DNA of 64,000 bases from the NCBI RefSeq assembly GCF_963921235.1, contig NC_086097.1, positions 64,110,001 through 64,174,000 of the forward strand. Direction: 5' to 3'. Below the pieces are notes generated by a model that had not been told where the DNA came from, ran no database searches, and saw only the letters and a list, made by a program, of their open reading frames with translations. Positions within the stretch are counted from its first letter, which is position 1. Each line of letters opens with the position of its first letter. Positions 24,716 through 36,310 of this stretch are shown in pieces. This stretch comes from Mobula hypostoma. Taxonomy: Eukaryota. The position numbers and the translations under genes were made by a program.

Positions 24716-25518
24716 CGGAGGGCAGAGCTTAGGAGGACGATGGCGCCTAACGGCGACTCCTTCACTTGCATCTTCGGAAACAGCTCTATTTCTATCTTTA
24801 ATATCTCCTTTTTTCCCTTTTCATGGTTCTTTTGAAGACCATGACCTGGAGTTACACGTTGACTTTGGTTCTTTGCGGAAATGGGACCTGTCCTCAGGGC
24901 CTCATGACCGGCCGCTTTTCGATTTGCCAAGGACGCGGCTAGGGGACCAGCATGCCTTTAGGGTTCTGAGATGTTGTGGCTTTGGAGGCGGTCAGATTCA
25001 AGGTTGGTGCCACCACCTGATGTGTCATGGGATTACATGTTACAGCGAAAGCAGCGAGCTGGATGCTGGCTGTGTGCCCAGCGACCTGAGTTTCTTTGGG
25101 CATAGACTTTTAACACCATAAATCAGCGAGTTGTTTTGTTATGTCTCCCCTCTTGCTGTGAAACAGGGACACCTCTTTTTTCTTATCAGGGTGAAAGAGG
25201 GCCTGTGGTATGTTGAATTAGCGGGTGAACGAGTAGTCTTTGGGTACCGCAAGTCTGTGTCTTTATGGATGCTTTGCTGCACACCTGAGTGCTCGGTGGG
25301 GGGGTGCCAATGCTTTTTTGCTGGTGGGGGAGGGGGATCGTTGCTTTGCTGCTGCTTATGCATGGGAGGGGGCAGAGCTGAGGGGGGTTTGGGGTTCTAA
25401 TATATAACTGTCATTCATTCTTTGGGGCAATCCTCTGTTTTCATGGATGTTTGTGAAGAAAAGGAATTTCAGGATGTATATTGTATACATTTCTCTGACA
25501 TTAAATGTACCTATTGAA
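24716..25518 (+). mobile_element. Non-coding (non-autonomous) retroelement with Rex1-type 3' tail
   Basis: GC-rich 5' end (gatggcgcctaacggcgactcc), no coherent ORF, tail gaatttcaggatgtatattg...ctgacattaaatg. It interrupts an old CR1-like remnant. Confidence 0.55.
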
Positions 25519-25992
25519 CCATTGAACATCAAGCGTAGGTGGTTAGATTTTCTTATGTCTTTGACTGGTATTTCTGTGCTACATATGTTATCCCTTTGGT
25601 AATGCATACACTCCGTGGCTACCTTATTGGGTACAGGAGTGGAACCTGGTGTGGTCTTCAGCTGCTGTAGCTCATCCACTTCAAGGTACAAAGTGTTGTG
25701 CGTTCAGAGATGCTCTTCTGCACTTCACTGTTGTTACAGTGTCTATAAAATGTATTCCCCCCCCCCCCGGAAGTTTTCATGTTTTATTGTTTTTCAACAT
25801 TGAATCACAGCGGATTTAATTTGGCTTTGTTTTGACAAAGACTCTTTTGCGTCATAGTGAAAACAGATTTCTGCAAAGTGATCTAAATTAATTACAAATA
25901 TAAAACACAAAATAATCGATTATATAAGTATTCACACCCTTCATTATGACACATCGAATCATCATTGGCGCAGCCAACTGGTTTTAGAAGTC

Positions 25993-26544
25993 TGTAGTCC
26001 TTATCGGAGAATGTGACGTAGCAGACGTAACCAATCTCGTGTATCGCGTGTCTCTTGAGTGTAGTAACGTTATCTCTCTGTGTAATTTTCTTTTGAAAAT
26101 ATTACCGTAAAGTGCATCATGGCTTCCAAACACAGTAAAACCACTCCTAGTGATAGCAGCAACAAGAGGCAAAGGAAAAGAATTGATTTGGAAGTGAATC
26201 AAAAGGTTACTAAACAATATGAAGATGGAAAACCAGTGAATGCTATTGCTCGGGACTTAGGCATGTCACACTCAACAATCACGACGATCCTGAAAAACAA
26301 AGAAAATATTCTCGAAGCTTTTGAAGGATCGTCTTCACTGAAAACTACAAGGCTCACGAAAATGTGAGAGGGACCTACATCAGATATGGAGAAATTGCTA
26401 ATGACGTGGATTTAGTTAATACAGGTACACTACAGTACTCCATATAGGTTTGCTAAGTATATAATATGGTGTTCGCAAAACGTCCAAATCACATAATGTC
26501 CAATTTCACAGAACGTATTGTGGATGCTAAGCGATGCCTATCTG
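25993..26544 (+). mobile_element. pogo/Tigger fragment encoding the N-terminal CENP-B-like HTH (ORF 26119-26367)
   Basis: KRQRKRIDLEV..KV.KQYEDGKPVNAIARDLGMSHSTITTILKNK, then MEKLLMTWI after a stop. The right end ...gcctatctg|TA is TIR-like; the left TIR is missing. Confidence 0.85.
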
Positions 26545-27244
26545 TAGTTAAATGGAGATCTGTGTGCAGTCAAGGTGTTTCAATTGATTGTAGTAAAAAT
26601 ACCCCTGTATCTGGAAGGTCCAACTGCTGGTGAGTCAGTATCCTGGCAAAAACTACACCATGAAGACAAAAGAACACTCCAAGTAACTCCACAAAAAGGT
26701 TGTGGAAAAGCATCAGAAGGTGGATACAAAAAAATTTGCAAGTCACAGAATATCCCTTGGAGTACAGTTAAGTCAATCGTCAAGAAACGGAAAGAATATG
26801 GCTCAGCTGCAAATCTGCCTAGAGCAGACAGTCCTCAAAAACTGAGTGACTGTGCAAGAAAAGGGCTAGTGAGGGAGGCCATAAAGAGACCTGTGACAGC
26901 TCTGGAGGAGTTACAAGCTTCAGTGACTGAGATGGGAGAGACTGTGCATACAGCAACTGTTGCCCGGGTGCTTCGTGAGTCACAGCTTTATGGGAGAGTG
27001 GTAAAGAGAAAGCCACCGTTGGAAAAAAAACCTCACATGAAATCTTACCCAGAGATTATCAGAAGGCATGTGGGAGACTCTGAAGTCAGCTGGAAGAATG
27101 TCCTAGGATCTGCTGAACTCAGAATTGAGCTTTTTTTTTCCCAGCAGACTAGACACTGTGTTTGCTGTAAGCCAAATACTACAATCATCAAAATCACACT
27201 ATCCCCAGTGTGAAGCATGGTGGTGGCTGCATCATGCTGTGGAG

Positions 27245-27400
27245 ATAGAACCATAGAAAACCTGCAGCACAATACAGGCCCTTCGACCCACAATGCTGTG
27301 CTGAACATGTACTTACTTTAGAAATTACCTAGGGTTACCCATAGCCCTCTATTTTTCTATGCTTCATGTATCTATCCAAGGGTCTCTTAAAAGACTCTAT
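27245..27400 (-). mobile_element. CR1 3' end replacing the catalytic region of the Tc1
   Basis: Same sequence family as 1518-1765. Confidence 0.75.
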
Positions 27401-28029
27401 TATAATTGTTGTGTTCAGATGTGCAAAACTGATAGAGACCTATCCACACAGACTCAAAGCGGTAATTGCTGCCAAGGCTGCATCTACTAAATACTGACTT
27501 GTAGCAGGTGAGTAATTACGCAATCGATTATGTTGTGTTTAATAATAGAAATCAATTGTAGAAATTTGTTTTCACTTTGTCATGAAAGAATCTTTTCTGT
27601 TGATCAGTGTCAAAAAAGCCAAATTAAATTTACTGTGATTCAATGTTGTAAAACAATAAAACATGAAAACTTCCAAGAAGTGAATTCTTTTTATAGGCAT
27701 GGTACACGCAGTTATTTGAGTTACTGTTACCTTCCTGTCAGCTTGAACCAGTCTAGCCATTCTCCTTTGACCTCTCTCAGTAAAAAGATGTTTTTCACCC
27801 ACAGAACTGCCGCTCATTGGATGTTGTTTTTGTTTTTCTCAGCATTCTCGGTAAATTTTGGAGACTGTTATTTGTGAAAATCCTAGGAAATCTGCAGTTT
27901 CTGAGATACTCAAACCACCCCATCTGGCACCAACAATTATTCACGGTCAAAGTCACTTAGGTCATATTTCTTCCCCATTCTGATGTTTGATCTGAACAAC
28001 AACTGAACCTCTTCACCATGTTTGCGTGC

Positions 28030-28975
28030 TTTTGTCAAGGTAACATATACAGAAAGGTGTCAGAAAAGGGCCAGTAACACCATGGGAGATCCCACCTGCC
28101 CTACTCGCGGACTGTTAGTCCCACTCCCACCAGGGAGGAGGCTACATAGTAGCATTCATGCTTGGACCACCAGACTCAAAAAAATAGTTACTTTCCCCAA
28201 ACAACACCTTCACCCATTAACTCTATCACTAACATGAGGAAATCTGCAGATGCTGGAAATTCAAGCAACACACACAAAATGCTGGTGGAATGCAGCAGGC
28301 CAGGCAGCATCTCTAGGAAGAGGTACAGTCAACGTTTTGGGCCGAGACCCTTCATCAGGACTAACTGAAAGAAGAGATAGTAAGAGATTTGAAAGTGGGA
28401 GGGGGAGGGGGAGATCCGAAATGATAGGAGAAGACAGGAGAGGGAGGGATGGAGCCAAGAGCTGGGAAGTTGATTGGTAAAGGGGATACGAGGCTGGAGA
28501 AGGGAGAGGATCATGGGACAGGAGGCCTAGGGAGAAAGAAAGGGGGAGGGGGGGAAACCCAGAGGATGGGCAAGGAGTTATAGTGAGAGGGACAGAGGGA
28601 GAAAAAAGAGAGAAAAAAAAGGGGAAAGAAAAACATATAATTAATAAATAAATAAACAAATAAGGGATGCGGTAGGAAGGGGAGGTGGGGCATTAACGGA
28701 AGTTAGAGAAGTCAATGTTCACGCCATCAGGTTGGAGGCTACTATCACTACTTTATATTTCCCATCAATCATCTTATGTACAGCCTAGATCACTTTATGG
28801 ACATACAATCAATCAATGTAGAAAAGCTATCTTATCTATGTATATTGATCGTGTTTATTTATTATTATTATTGTGTTCTTTATCTTCTGTGTTTTTTAAC
28901 TACATCGGATCTGGAGTAACAATTATTTTGTTCTGCTTACATTTTTGTATAGGAAGTGACATTAAATAATCTTGA
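28030..28975 (+). mobile_element. Rex1/Babar LINE 3' end, interrupted by a PLE
   Basis: YTERCQKRASN..DPT.P..GL.VPLP.GRRL...TTRLK, followed by a 3'UTR ending attaaataatcttga. Confidence 0.8.
28232..28741 (-). mobile_element. Penelope-like element 3' fragment with tail
   Basis: Close sibling of 7768-8190. TSD ctatcacta at 28223-28231 and 28742-28750. Hammerhead motif at 28327-28362 with GAAA changed to AAAA. Confidence 0.87.
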
Positions 28976-29259
28976 TGATTGAATATTGAGTTGCTGCCAC
29001 ATGATTCGTTGATTAGATTTTTGCACTAACAAGCTGATGTACAGGTGTACCTAATAAAATGGCCACTGAATGTATGTCTACACACAGGCGTGAACTGCTT
29101 CTTTTGCTGAGAAATTGCAGATGGAATTGATCGCTGTGCAATCCTCAGTGACTATCAGACAGTACAGCACAGGATGCCTGTGCTGACCACGACATCAATT
29201 TAAACTGTCCATCTGCCTGCACGCGGTTGATGATCCTGCAAATTCTACCCGTTCATGTG

Positions 29260-29868
29260 TTAAAGTTCAAAGTTCACAACAAATTTATTATCAAGGTACA
29301 TATATATCACCATTTACAACTCTGAGATTCATTTTCTCGTGGGCATATTTTAAAAACCCATAATGGATAATAACCATAATAGAATCAATGAAAGACTGCA
29401 GCAACTTGGTTGGTTCAACCGGCTGTGCAAAAAACAACAATCCATGCAAGTACAAAGATAGATTAATAATAAATAAGAATTAAGTAGCAGGAACATGAGG
29501 TCAAAGTCAGTCCATAGATTGTGGAAACATTTTAGTGACAATCTGAGTGAAGTTGAGTGAAGTTATCCCCTCTGGCCCAAGAGCCTGATGGTTGAGGGAT
29601 AGTAACTGTTCCTGAGACTGGTGATATGAGTCCTGAGACTTCGGCACCTTCTTACTGATGGCTGCAGTGAGAAGAGACCATGTCCTGGGTGGTGGGGGCC
29701 CCCGATGATGGATGCTGCTTTTCTGTGACAACATTTCATGTAGAGGTGCTCAATAGTGGGGAGGGCTTTACCCCTGATGTACTGGGCCATATCCACTACT
29801 TTTTGTAGGATTTTTTGTTCAAGTGCATTGGTGCTTCCACACCAGGCTGTGATGCAGCCAGTTAATAT
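29260..29868 (-). mobile_element. Rex1/Babar LINE 3' fragment
   Basis: ORF 29563-29880: ILTGCITAW.G...KAASII..PHHPGHGLFSL.PS.RR.RSLR. Confidence 0.87.
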
Positions 29869-30019
29869 CAGACATCCCACCTTTCCTGGAAGTTCTGGGA
29901 GTCTCCCGCATATTGATAGTGGCTCCCTGATGCCTGCAAATTATATACAATATCCCTGAAATCAATTTTTTTTGAGAGTGAGTGAGAGAGAGCGCGCGAG
30001 AGTGAGAGAGAGAGAGCGC

Positions 30020-30060
<41 letters not shown>

Positions 30061-30790
30061 CCATGGCAGAGTGTTCCAAAAAAAGAAAATATAAAATGTA
30101 CGTCACCCCAGACTACACTAAAGTGTACCCCTGCCTAATAGGGGTCAAAAATACTGACAGTGTTGCTCGCTGCACTGTTTGCAACAGTGACTTTTCTATT
30201 GCCCATGGTGGGTTAAAATGTAAAAGACATGTTGAGGTGAGTTTAACAGGTGTCATTCATTCATTAGCATAGCTAACGTTATTTAAACTAGCTGGCTAGC
30301 TGTTAAGGAGCTACTCTATTGATGTCCTACGTGATGAGGCCAAACTTGTCACAATGGCGGGGGCATTGGGAACAAGGGTGGACCCAACTGCAAGACACAT
30401 CTTGTGAGGTTAATTAAATTTAGTTTATTGTTCGATATCAGGAGAGCTAGGCAGGAGCAGGAGTAGCGAACTGGACAAGGACTGAGGACTACGACTAGGC
30501 TGGGACCAAGGGTCTGGGCTAGGACTCGGAATCGGCTCCCAGAACTAGAGGAGATATGAAGAGGCTAGGGTATGGACTCCGAGGCAGAGACTGGGCAAGG
30601 ACCCAGTACCTGGGTCTTGCCTCAGGCTCGGACCCCAGAACCAGGCAAGGACATGACATGGGCTAGGGAGAGGAGGAACATGGGAACACAGAGCCTCGGT
30701 CTCGGGGAGCAGGTACATGGAACTACGGACACATACACAGAACAGAGAGCCGGGACCCCTCCTTGGGTACAGGACATAGGGCCGGAACTC

Positions 30791-31005
30791 ATGACCCTCC
30801 ATGGGGCAACGGCAAGACGGCCTGACCTACCCCACGGAGGCGAGAACAAGACAAGACAGAACATGACCCCCTGCGGGGCAATGGCAAGACTGCCTGACTT
30901 GCCCCACAGAGGCGAGGAGCAGACAAGACAAAACATGACCCCCACGGGGCAACAGCAAGATGGCCTGACTTGCCCCACAGAGGCGAGGACAAGACAAGAC
31001 AAGAC
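30791..31005. repeat. 72-bp tandem repeat, 3 copies
   Basis: atgacc recurs at 30791, 30863 and 30935 with colinear units. Confidence 0.9.
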
Positions 31006-31149
31006 CAACACGAATGGACACCAGACAGTACCTATCTAGCTTCAGCGATGGAACTAAACCGAAGTGCAGGCGGGGGCTGCAGATGAGGGCTAGGGGGGGA
31101 GAGGGGCAGAGAAGGGATTCAGACAAGGGGGTAGGACAGGAATCACAGA

Positions 31150-31455
31150 CCGCCAGGGCCAGGACTTGACTCAGAACTGGGAAGCCGCCAGGGCCAGGAC
31201 TTGACTTGGTGCTTGAATGCCGTTGGGGACAGGACTTGACTTGGTGCTTGAATGCCGTTGGGGCCAGGACTTGACTTCGTGCTAGAATGCCGCCAGGGCA
31301 AGGACTTGACTTGGTGCTTGAATACTGCAGGCCCAGGACTTGACTTGATGCTTGAATGCCGCCAGGGCCAGGTCTTGACTTGATGCTTGAATGCCACTAG
31401 AGCCAGGACTTGACTTGGTGCTTGAATGCCACCAGAACCAGGACTTGACTTGGAA
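31150..31455. repeat. 35-bp minisatellite, ~9 copies
   Basis: Unit gccgccagggccaggacttgacttggtgcttgaat. aggacttgac-type anchors at 31161, 31196, 31231, 31266, 31301, 31335, 31370, 31405 and 31440. Confidence 0.93.
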
Positions 31456-32529
31456 CCTCCGGGTAGTGGCGAGCTCTCGACTCGGCCCGGGAACAGTAGA
31501 CAGCGGTTCTTGACTCCCTCTGGCGGGTTAACTGACGGACTCACCTCAGTGAGGAAACTTTGCAGGCTCGCTTTGGCTAGGTAACTGGACGGGGTTGCTC
31601 CGGTGAGGAGAGGCGAATTACCGCCACTCGCTTCGGCAGAGACTAGGCTTGCTCCGGCCAGATCACATCGGCACACAGTACCTTAGATGACTTTGCAGAC
31701 GCTCCCGCACTGAACGGCTAAAAGCCAGAGACTATAAACTACCAGTTCAGCCGAGCATTAATTGCCTCTAATCACCAAAGCTGAGGGACACGAGAAAGCA
31801 GGGAATCAACGGTCCAGATCGTAACATAAACAAGGTAAATTTAAAGAGACCCCGATCCGGACCATGACAAAACTCCCTGTAGACTTGCTTAAAGTTGTAA
31901 TAGAATAAAAAACTGACTCCATGATAATATAATATAAGTACATATTTTAATGTCACATTCTCTGCATATACCCATCTTGGTTTACAGATTAGACAAAATC
32001 ACTAAGCAAAATATTACATACACCCTAGGAGGTTGGACGGGGGTGGGGGGGGATATGGGGTTGCGGGGGGCGGGGGTGCTACCTCCCTGAAATGAGTTTT
32101 TGCAGGGTGGGATGTCAGAAGTAGCAGCATGGAACACAGCAGCCGGGGCAGACTTCGTGGCCTCAGCTTTGTGGAGAGAGGTGACCATTGCAGAGAACGT
32201 GCTAAATCAGCTTTTGTCCCAGATCCTAACACCCTGTCTTTTTAGTTTATCTGGGCCTGTGTTTAAATTGACCAAGCAATGGAAAAGCGAAAGGCTCCGA
32301 CACCCTGGAGGGGGAGTGAACGTTGTGGAGAGTGAGCAAAATTGGCTCTCGCCTTCGATCTGTGCTGACATTTAAATTGTCCAAACAGTGTATCGTACCT
32401 TGCACTAGAATCTGGTTGCAGTGAAAGACTCTGGGCCTAGACCACACTGCCCAGTGACTGGCTCCAGGTCCAGATTTTGCTGCCCAGCCCAAAGCCTCTC
32501 TCAAGCTTTTAAAATCAGCTTGGTGCCCA

Positions 32530-33060
32530 GAGAGATCCAACTTAGCTTCACAAATTCCTAAGGAAGTAGAGCTGTTTCCATGCTTTTCTCGTTAATGCAC
32601 TCACATGCTGGGCCCGGGACAGATTCACCAAAATGAGAACACCGAGGACCCTCTCCACCTCAGATCCCCTGATGAGGACTGGCTGATGACCTCTGGTTTC
32701 CTCCTCCTGACGTCAGCAACCAGCTCCTTGGTCTTACTGACATTGAGTGAGAGGTTGTTGTTGTGGCGTCACTCAGCCAGATTTTCAATCTCCTTCCTAT
32801 ATGCTGATTCGTCACCACCTTTGATTTGGCCGACGGCAGTCAGCAAACTAGTACTTAGCCACACTGCTATGAATGTAAAGTGAGTAGAGCAGGGTCTAAG
32901 CACAGAGCCCTATGGTGCACCTGTGCTGGTAGAGACCGTGGAGGGCTTGTTGTGAATTCGAACTGACTGGTGTCTGCAATGAGGAAATCATGGATTCAGT
33001 TGCACAAGGAGGTATTGAGGCCTAGGTCTTGGAGGGCATTGATTAGTTTTGAGGGGATGT
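32530..33060 (-). mobile_element. Rex1/Babar LINE RT fragment
   Basis: Reverse complement shows ISTSTGAP.G..L.P.LYSL, NNLSLNVSKTKELV.D and IPSKLI..LQDLGL segments. Confidence 0.8.
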
Positions 33061-35259
33061 CTCTTAGATGTTGCTATTATAAACAACAAAACAGCTTGCA
33101 ATAGGTGAAGCTACATGATTTCACAACCAATTGATCACCCTACGGTATTTACCCTACACGCGGTAGGGAATGATTTACCTGGAACCGTGAATACAGGTAT
33201 CAAAATTACAGTGGAAGGATTGAGTATTAAAGCAAAATTTTGAGCGTGTTTTGATTGGCCTGATTGATTCCGGTACATGTTTGGATCGGTATATGGAGAC
33301 TTCCATTGCAACTATTTTCAATAGTCCACAAATCAGATCTGCATTAAAGGGGGGGGGGGACAGACAACTGCAAAAAAGGTGTTGGTGAACAGCCATTAAA
33401 AACTGATCAAGGTAGAGCGCATGGAGTCACAGAACACAATTGACTGCACTTTGGAAGAATTTGGATCCACTTTCACAACACATAATATTCTAAAGAGATT
33501 GTAGTAGATTATGGTTGGCAGTTCTGGTAACTTTGATTTGAACTATTAGAGAAGGAAATATTTATTTATAAGGTGTATTTATTTCTTTACATGGCTTGGT
33601 GTCAAACAGTGTTTGATCCCACTTCCCCAAATCTCTTGGTTGTTGATGTACACTGAAGAAGCTTTAGAAATACAAGTTTTGCTTGAACCATTGCGGAAAC
33701 TAGTGTTTGTTCCTGAATGTTCACGTGGAGTTAGGCACATTCAAAGGCAGTGAACTGAAGTGAACTATAAGATAGCACTGTACTCTCTATGGCAGAAGCG
33801 TGGTGTGAAACCTCAACATCAGAGAGCTATATGAAGCAACAGCCATATCAATAGTCTCATCATCAAGCCTATTGTATAGTGCAATGAGAACCGAATTACC
33901 ACGGAGAACTAAATCAAATTGATCACCAGAGCAGCATAAACAGAAACAAAGCACTTTCTTTTATCTGGTATCTTAAAATTTTTAAATGTCTTAACAGGGG
34001 GATCTTTGGACAACAGTCTAATAAATTATTAGGATTAGTGATGTGAACATTGGTCAACTGTATTTTCCAAAAGTACCCTCAGGGAGAGAGATGTTAAGAA
34101 CTTAAAGTTTTAGGGAGGTCATTCGGGAACTTTGGACTCAGAATGCGACAACATAACAATGCCTTGTGAAGTTAGATGGAATATCCAAGATGTCAGTGTT
34201 GGAGGAACTTAGAGGGTTAGAGGAGTGGAAACACAAATTGAATGTTAAGCGTCAGGGAAACAGTGGATTACTATAAGCTGCATGCTCAGTTTCCAGTAAC
34301 AAAGCACTAGTAACAAATCTACAAGTGAGTTTCCTATCCACCCCAATAGAGAAAATCACACCAAACATCTGCATTCACCACCAAACTCCAGAAAAACCAG
34401 ACTGAAGAACAATTCAAAGAGCAAGAGTGTAACCATCTTTCCATAAATGGCATTCTCCAAGCTCTATGAGGAAACACAGGGATTTTAACAACTAGCAAAG
34501 TGATAAGGAGAAACCTCTTCACCCAGTGCCTGTCTCTGTCCCCAGTCGTGTCATGTATGCTGCAGAGGGCACCAAACATGTCATCCCCCAAGCAAAGGGC
34601 AGATGAACTGGGTTTGCAACTCGGCAGCCTGGCATGTTTCCAGGAGAGAGTTCAGCCACCCAGGCAGCTGTCAGACAGCTTCACAAATAAATATACAGTA
34701 CATACTGAGATTTTTTATCTCAATCCAGTTCCCACCTTGCAATATAGATCAGCACCAGCCCTAACAAGCTCTGCTCACTAACCACTGATCAACTGCGTCA
34801 GCTTCCTAGGGACTGGTTTTCCCAGCTAGAGATTTCTGCATGTGCAGAGCCAAGCAATGGAAATGATGTCACTGCACTGGAGTAGCGCATAGCACGTTTT
34901 GTATAAGCCACTATTTCCTGCAGTAACTGCACTGGGGAACATTTAAAGAAAGGTCATTCATCAGTAATACATTGGCTATATGCAGGAAAACGGCTGAGAT
35001 CCTCGCACAGAGAGAATGAAACCCTGCAGCAACTCATTAAGTTCCCAGAAATTCAGAAGGTCCTCAATACGAAGTGCATTTTGATCTTTCCGCGCTGCAT
35101 TCAGCAATAAAAATCACTTAAATTCATACTTAAATGTTAAAATAAAAAGGTGGAGTCAATCTGAAAGTTTAAGCACGTCCACACTTATCGCTTGGGAGTG
35201 CAAGTTGTAAGGAAGCCGTGTGGTGGTTGAGGATGGAGTCAAGACCAGTTAGGATTCCT

Positions 35260-35280
35260 ATTGGCACCATCTAGTGGTCA
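35260..35280 (-). promoter_or_regulatory. Candidate CTCF binding site
   Basis: Minus strand TGACCACTAGATGGTGCCAA closely matches the CTCF core CCASYAGRKGGCR, in non-repetitive DNA. Confidence 0.6.
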
Positions 35281-36178
35281 CAAGGATGAACAGCATGACC
35301 ATATAACCTTGTAGGATCCTTCAAGAAACAAAGGGTTCAGACCATCTGTATGTAATGCCTCATGAAGAGCAGGATCTGTGTGCTAGAAGTATGGCTGGAG
35401 ATATGAAATGGGTGAAATTCTGTTCACATAATACTATGTGATACTGGATTTCCTATTAGGGAACGAGACAAGACAGGAGACAGAAGTTTGTGTAGGGGGA
35501 CGCATTGCATCTAGTGATCATAATGCCATAATCTTGAAGGTCATTATGGAAAATGGTTCAGATTCTAAATTGGAGAAAGGCCAATTTTGATGGTATCAGA
35601 AAGGATCTTGCATGTGTGGACAAGTTGTTTTGCTGCAAAGGTGTACTTGGTAAGTGGGAGGCCTTCAAACGTGAAATTTTAAGAGTAAAGAGTTTCTATG
35701 TTCCTGTCAAAATAAAAGGCAAGGATAACAGGGTTAGAGAACAGTGGTCTTTGAGAGGTATTGAGGTTTTGGTTAAGAAAAATTAGGAGATGCATAGCAG
35801 GTAGGAACAAATGAGGAATTTGTGAAGTATGAGACATGCTTAAATTAGGAAGGAAATTACGAGGGCTATAAGAAGACATGTGGTTGCTCTAGCAGACAAG
35901 GAGAAGGGGAATCCAAAGGATTTCTACAGATATGTTACGAGCAAAAGGGTAGTAAGAGACAAAATTGATCATCTGGAATATCAAAGCGGTAATCTATGCG
36001 TGAAGCCGAAAGAGATGGGGGAGATCTTAAATGGATTTTTTTTGCATCTGTATTTACTTGGGAGACAGTCACAGAGTCGAGAGATGTGAGGCAAAGCAGC
36101 AGAGAGCTCAAGGACCCTATACAGGTCACAGAGGCGGAAGTGTTAGCTATCTTGAGGCAAATCAAGGTGGATAATTAG

Positions 36179-36238
36179 GGTGCGGCTGTAACGAAACCCA
36201 ATTTCCCTTGGGATCAATAAAGTATATCTATCTATCTA
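36179..36238 (+). mobile_element. 60-bp 3' tip of a Rex1-family element
   Basis: Reverse complement of ~36315-36374; aataaa followed by a (tatc)n tail. Confidence 0.8.
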
Positions 36239-36310
36239 AATCCCAGGGCCTGATAATGTGTTCTCTCGGACCCTGTGGAAGGCTAAGTGCAGAAACTGCA
36301 GGAGCCCTGG

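Larger units (their letters stand above)
25737..27702 (+). mobile_element. Tc1 transposon with long (IR/DR-type) TIRs, defective
   Basis: ~200-bp inverted termini flanked by TA. Transposase remnant in ORF 26575-27213 (GYKKICKSQNIPWSTVKSIVKK...LYGRVVKRKP). Confidence 0.88.
25609..29072. mobile_element. Non-autonomous Tc1/mariner element (outer shell of a nested stack)
   Basis: TA|cactccgtggctaccttattgggtaca ... tgtacctaataaaatggccactgaatg|TA. Confidence 0.75.
30347..31869 (-). mobile_element. Solo LTR (1.5 kb) of an LTR retrotransposon
   Basis: TGTCA...TGACA termini, 5-bp TSD aaact at 30342-30346 and 31870-31874, AATAAA on the minus strand ~80 bp from the left end. Confidence 0.85.
29869..32118 (+). 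mobile_element. Non-autonomous hAT transposon with BED-type zinc-finger remnant
   Basis: TIRs cagacatcccacc and ggtgggatgtcag. ORF 30063-30272 reads ARCTVCNSDFSIAHGG..CKRHVE, followed by a gtgagt splice donor. (GA)n tract at 29975-30056. No matching 8-bp TSD was seen. Confidence 0.75.

Noticed and set aside
26119..26367. Domesticated TIGD/CENP-B-like host gene
   Set aside because: Truncated by a stop, lacks a DDE domain, and is nested inside a Tc1.
31150..31455. 35-bp periodic array as a CRISPR array
   Set aside because: Units are contiguous with no unique spacers, there are no cas genes, and it lies inside an LTR in eukaryotic DNA.
30545..31676. Long ORFs (155, 129 and 177 aa) as host proteins
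   Set aside because: They are products of GC-rich tandem repeats in the solo LTR.
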